Shown: one piece after another, positions 63,467 through 63,861 of the stretch
How positions within the stretch are numbered: the first letter of the stretch is position 1
How the letters are laid out: every line of letters begins with the position of its first letter
From: Eledone cirrhosa
Lineage: Eukaryota
NCBI GenBank assembly: GCA_964016885.1
Contig: OZ024752.1
Location: 36,518,001-36,581,861, forward strand
Direction: 5' to 3'
DNA length: 63,861 bases
The notes under the pieces: model-generated
Database searches by the model: none
The model's input: only the letters and a program-made list of their open reading frames with translations
What the model was told of the DNA's origin: nothing
Program-made: the position numbers and the translations under genes

Positions 63467-63475
<9 letters not shown>
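59279..63475 (+). mobile_element. Full-length-looking RTE LINE
   Basis: It has a 5'UTR with the ctaggagaagg motif, a single EN-RT ORF and a 3' stem-loop tggccatactcgataacgagggggcagcca running into (TA)n. Confidence 0.9.
59681..63226 (+). CDS. RTE ORF: APE endonuclease, reverse transcriptase and three C2H2 zinc fingers
   Basis: Endonuclease motifs GCWNVRTL, LSETR, VYAPT, GDFNAR and TDHRL. RT motifs YRGISLL, QSGFR, FVDLTKAFD, GVKQG and LYADD. Three CxxC-x12-HxxxH-type fingers end the 1181-aa uninterrupted frame. Confidence 0.97.
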   Translation: MMFQNNVNEIIANLGSGTKGIIGNKGRGPKLSQPGPARHRAIVIEPNRAFSLGCWNVRTLLDRDSLERPERRTALVAKELRRYDLDIVALSETRLAGDGHLTEFCGEYTFFWKGRDEGTRREAGVGFAVKTVLVNKLEEFPVGISERLMSMRVPLDKGRYATLVSVYAPTMNSVDEEKLSFYHALKGVLRNIPQADKVIVLGDFNARVGRDFNTWNVIGRHGVGKCNSNGMLLLQMCEELDLCVTNTMFQQKNKFKTTWMHPASKEWHLLDYVLVRMRDRQDVRCVRVLRGAECWTDHRLVRAKVNLITKRKIRAPGVTLPKRLNAARLKDKNVKRTLEEEMQAADLGEDWPTLKKSVYDVGRRVLGLVQRKHQDWFNEKDVHIDDLLADKRRALSRYLTARPQERNTLHEELRDVKSRVRRSLSQMKDQWWSEKAGEIQTASDCNNTKLLYSLLREVYGPSSSLVTPIRSRDGKELLRDSQGILRRWREHFDDLLNQPSVVSEDFLNLIPESPVKVALAEPPTLVEVAVAISKLNSGRSPGMDGIHAELLQYGGERLLQHLHSLFGRIWANESVPEDWRDAVMVVLYKGKGNRNDCGNYRGISLLSVVGKVLCRVLLDRLLTHIADCVLPESQSGFRVGRGTTDMIFSARQLQEKCIEQGLDLYQVFVDLTKAFDTVNRDALWKVLQKLGCPDKFLALVRSFHDDMKAWVNVGGNMSEPISVKNGVKQGDIPAPTLFAIYFAMVFCIAFRNCEHGVYIRYRTSGSIFNIRRFAAKTKVFTSVIRDLLYADDCDLVAHTESDMQHILNVFSDACTALGLTVSLKKTVVMYQPAPGRQYTEPNIYVYGKRLGVVDQFVYLGSTVNRYGNLDSEISLRIRKASDAFGKLERRLWGRRDICRRTKVKVYRACVLSCLLYACETWVTYRRHLKQLERFHQMCLRRIHGVRWRDHISDVEILESSMCDSIEALVLKQRLRWSGHLARMKDSRIPKQLFYGELVKGKRPPHKPKKRYKDSLKASLRDANISADTWENVAADRNKWRKTVYEGKVAFEASRIAHEKVKRDVRKGIAVALPDGEGPPMFLTCSVCARLCLSKAGLESHLRSHKVRPVVDYQAAVGDATHHACQTCGRECKSAGGLKRHAKVHELQPQPTIPSKCFGCRLCARHFGSLAGLKSHIRSQHC

Positions 63476-63553
<78 letters not shown>

Positions 63554-63749
63554 AGTTAATATAAATTAATATATGATAAACACCAATATGAACATATAAG
63601 CGTTTGCATTGTAAACGACCAAGTTAGCTAGATTGAAAAATACTAATTAGATTAATACAGTTTGCCTGTCTCGATTTAAAATAATAAATCAATAAAAACA
63701 AACCCATATTGGCAATAGCCGTGATACCTGTTATATATATCTATCTATC

Positions 63750-63861
63750 TAAGGCGGGTAAAATTCCCGAGATCCATGGACGAGTTCTCTCCAGCGGTCT
63801 CTGTCCCTCATTATCGCTGCCATATCCTGCATCTCCAACAGACCAGTGTCTGTCCTTATGG
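63750..63861 (-). mobile_element. RTE-group LINE 3' end (continues beyond the window)
   Basis: The minus strand reads IRTDTGLLEMQDMAAIMRDRDRWRELV, followed by a (GATA)n tail. Confidence 0.65.

Overview
This is AT-rich, microsatellite-saturated eukaryotic DNA. It is probably cephalopod (Octopus-like), inferred from the SINE, RTE and microsatellite repertoire and not from a marker gene. No host gene can be supported, and most short ORFs in the track are microsatellite artefacts. The window is a transposon landscape containing: an intact RTE LINE with three C-terminal C2H2 fingers (59681-63226); a near-complete Neptune-type Penelope-like element (PLE) with inverted pseudo-LTRs (17917-22365); two other PLE endonuclease fragments; RTE, CR1-group and Tx1-like remnants; many tRNA-derived SINEs; hAT, Tigger, mariner, piggyBac and Helitron MITEs; and satellites. 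The most striking signal is about 20 type-I hammerhead ribozyme (HHR) cores from roughly 10 sequence-unrelated families. They sit in small non-coding elements inserted in (TA)n tracts, often as asymmetric fold-back palindromes. One 468-nt unit has a canonical GUC hammerhead and a direct repeat that starts just after the cleavage site, like a retrozyme. The Neptune element also has an in-phase U-UUU-UUA slippery site that would join ORF1 to the RT ORF by -1 frameshifting. All structures were read by eye, and element boundaries are approximate.
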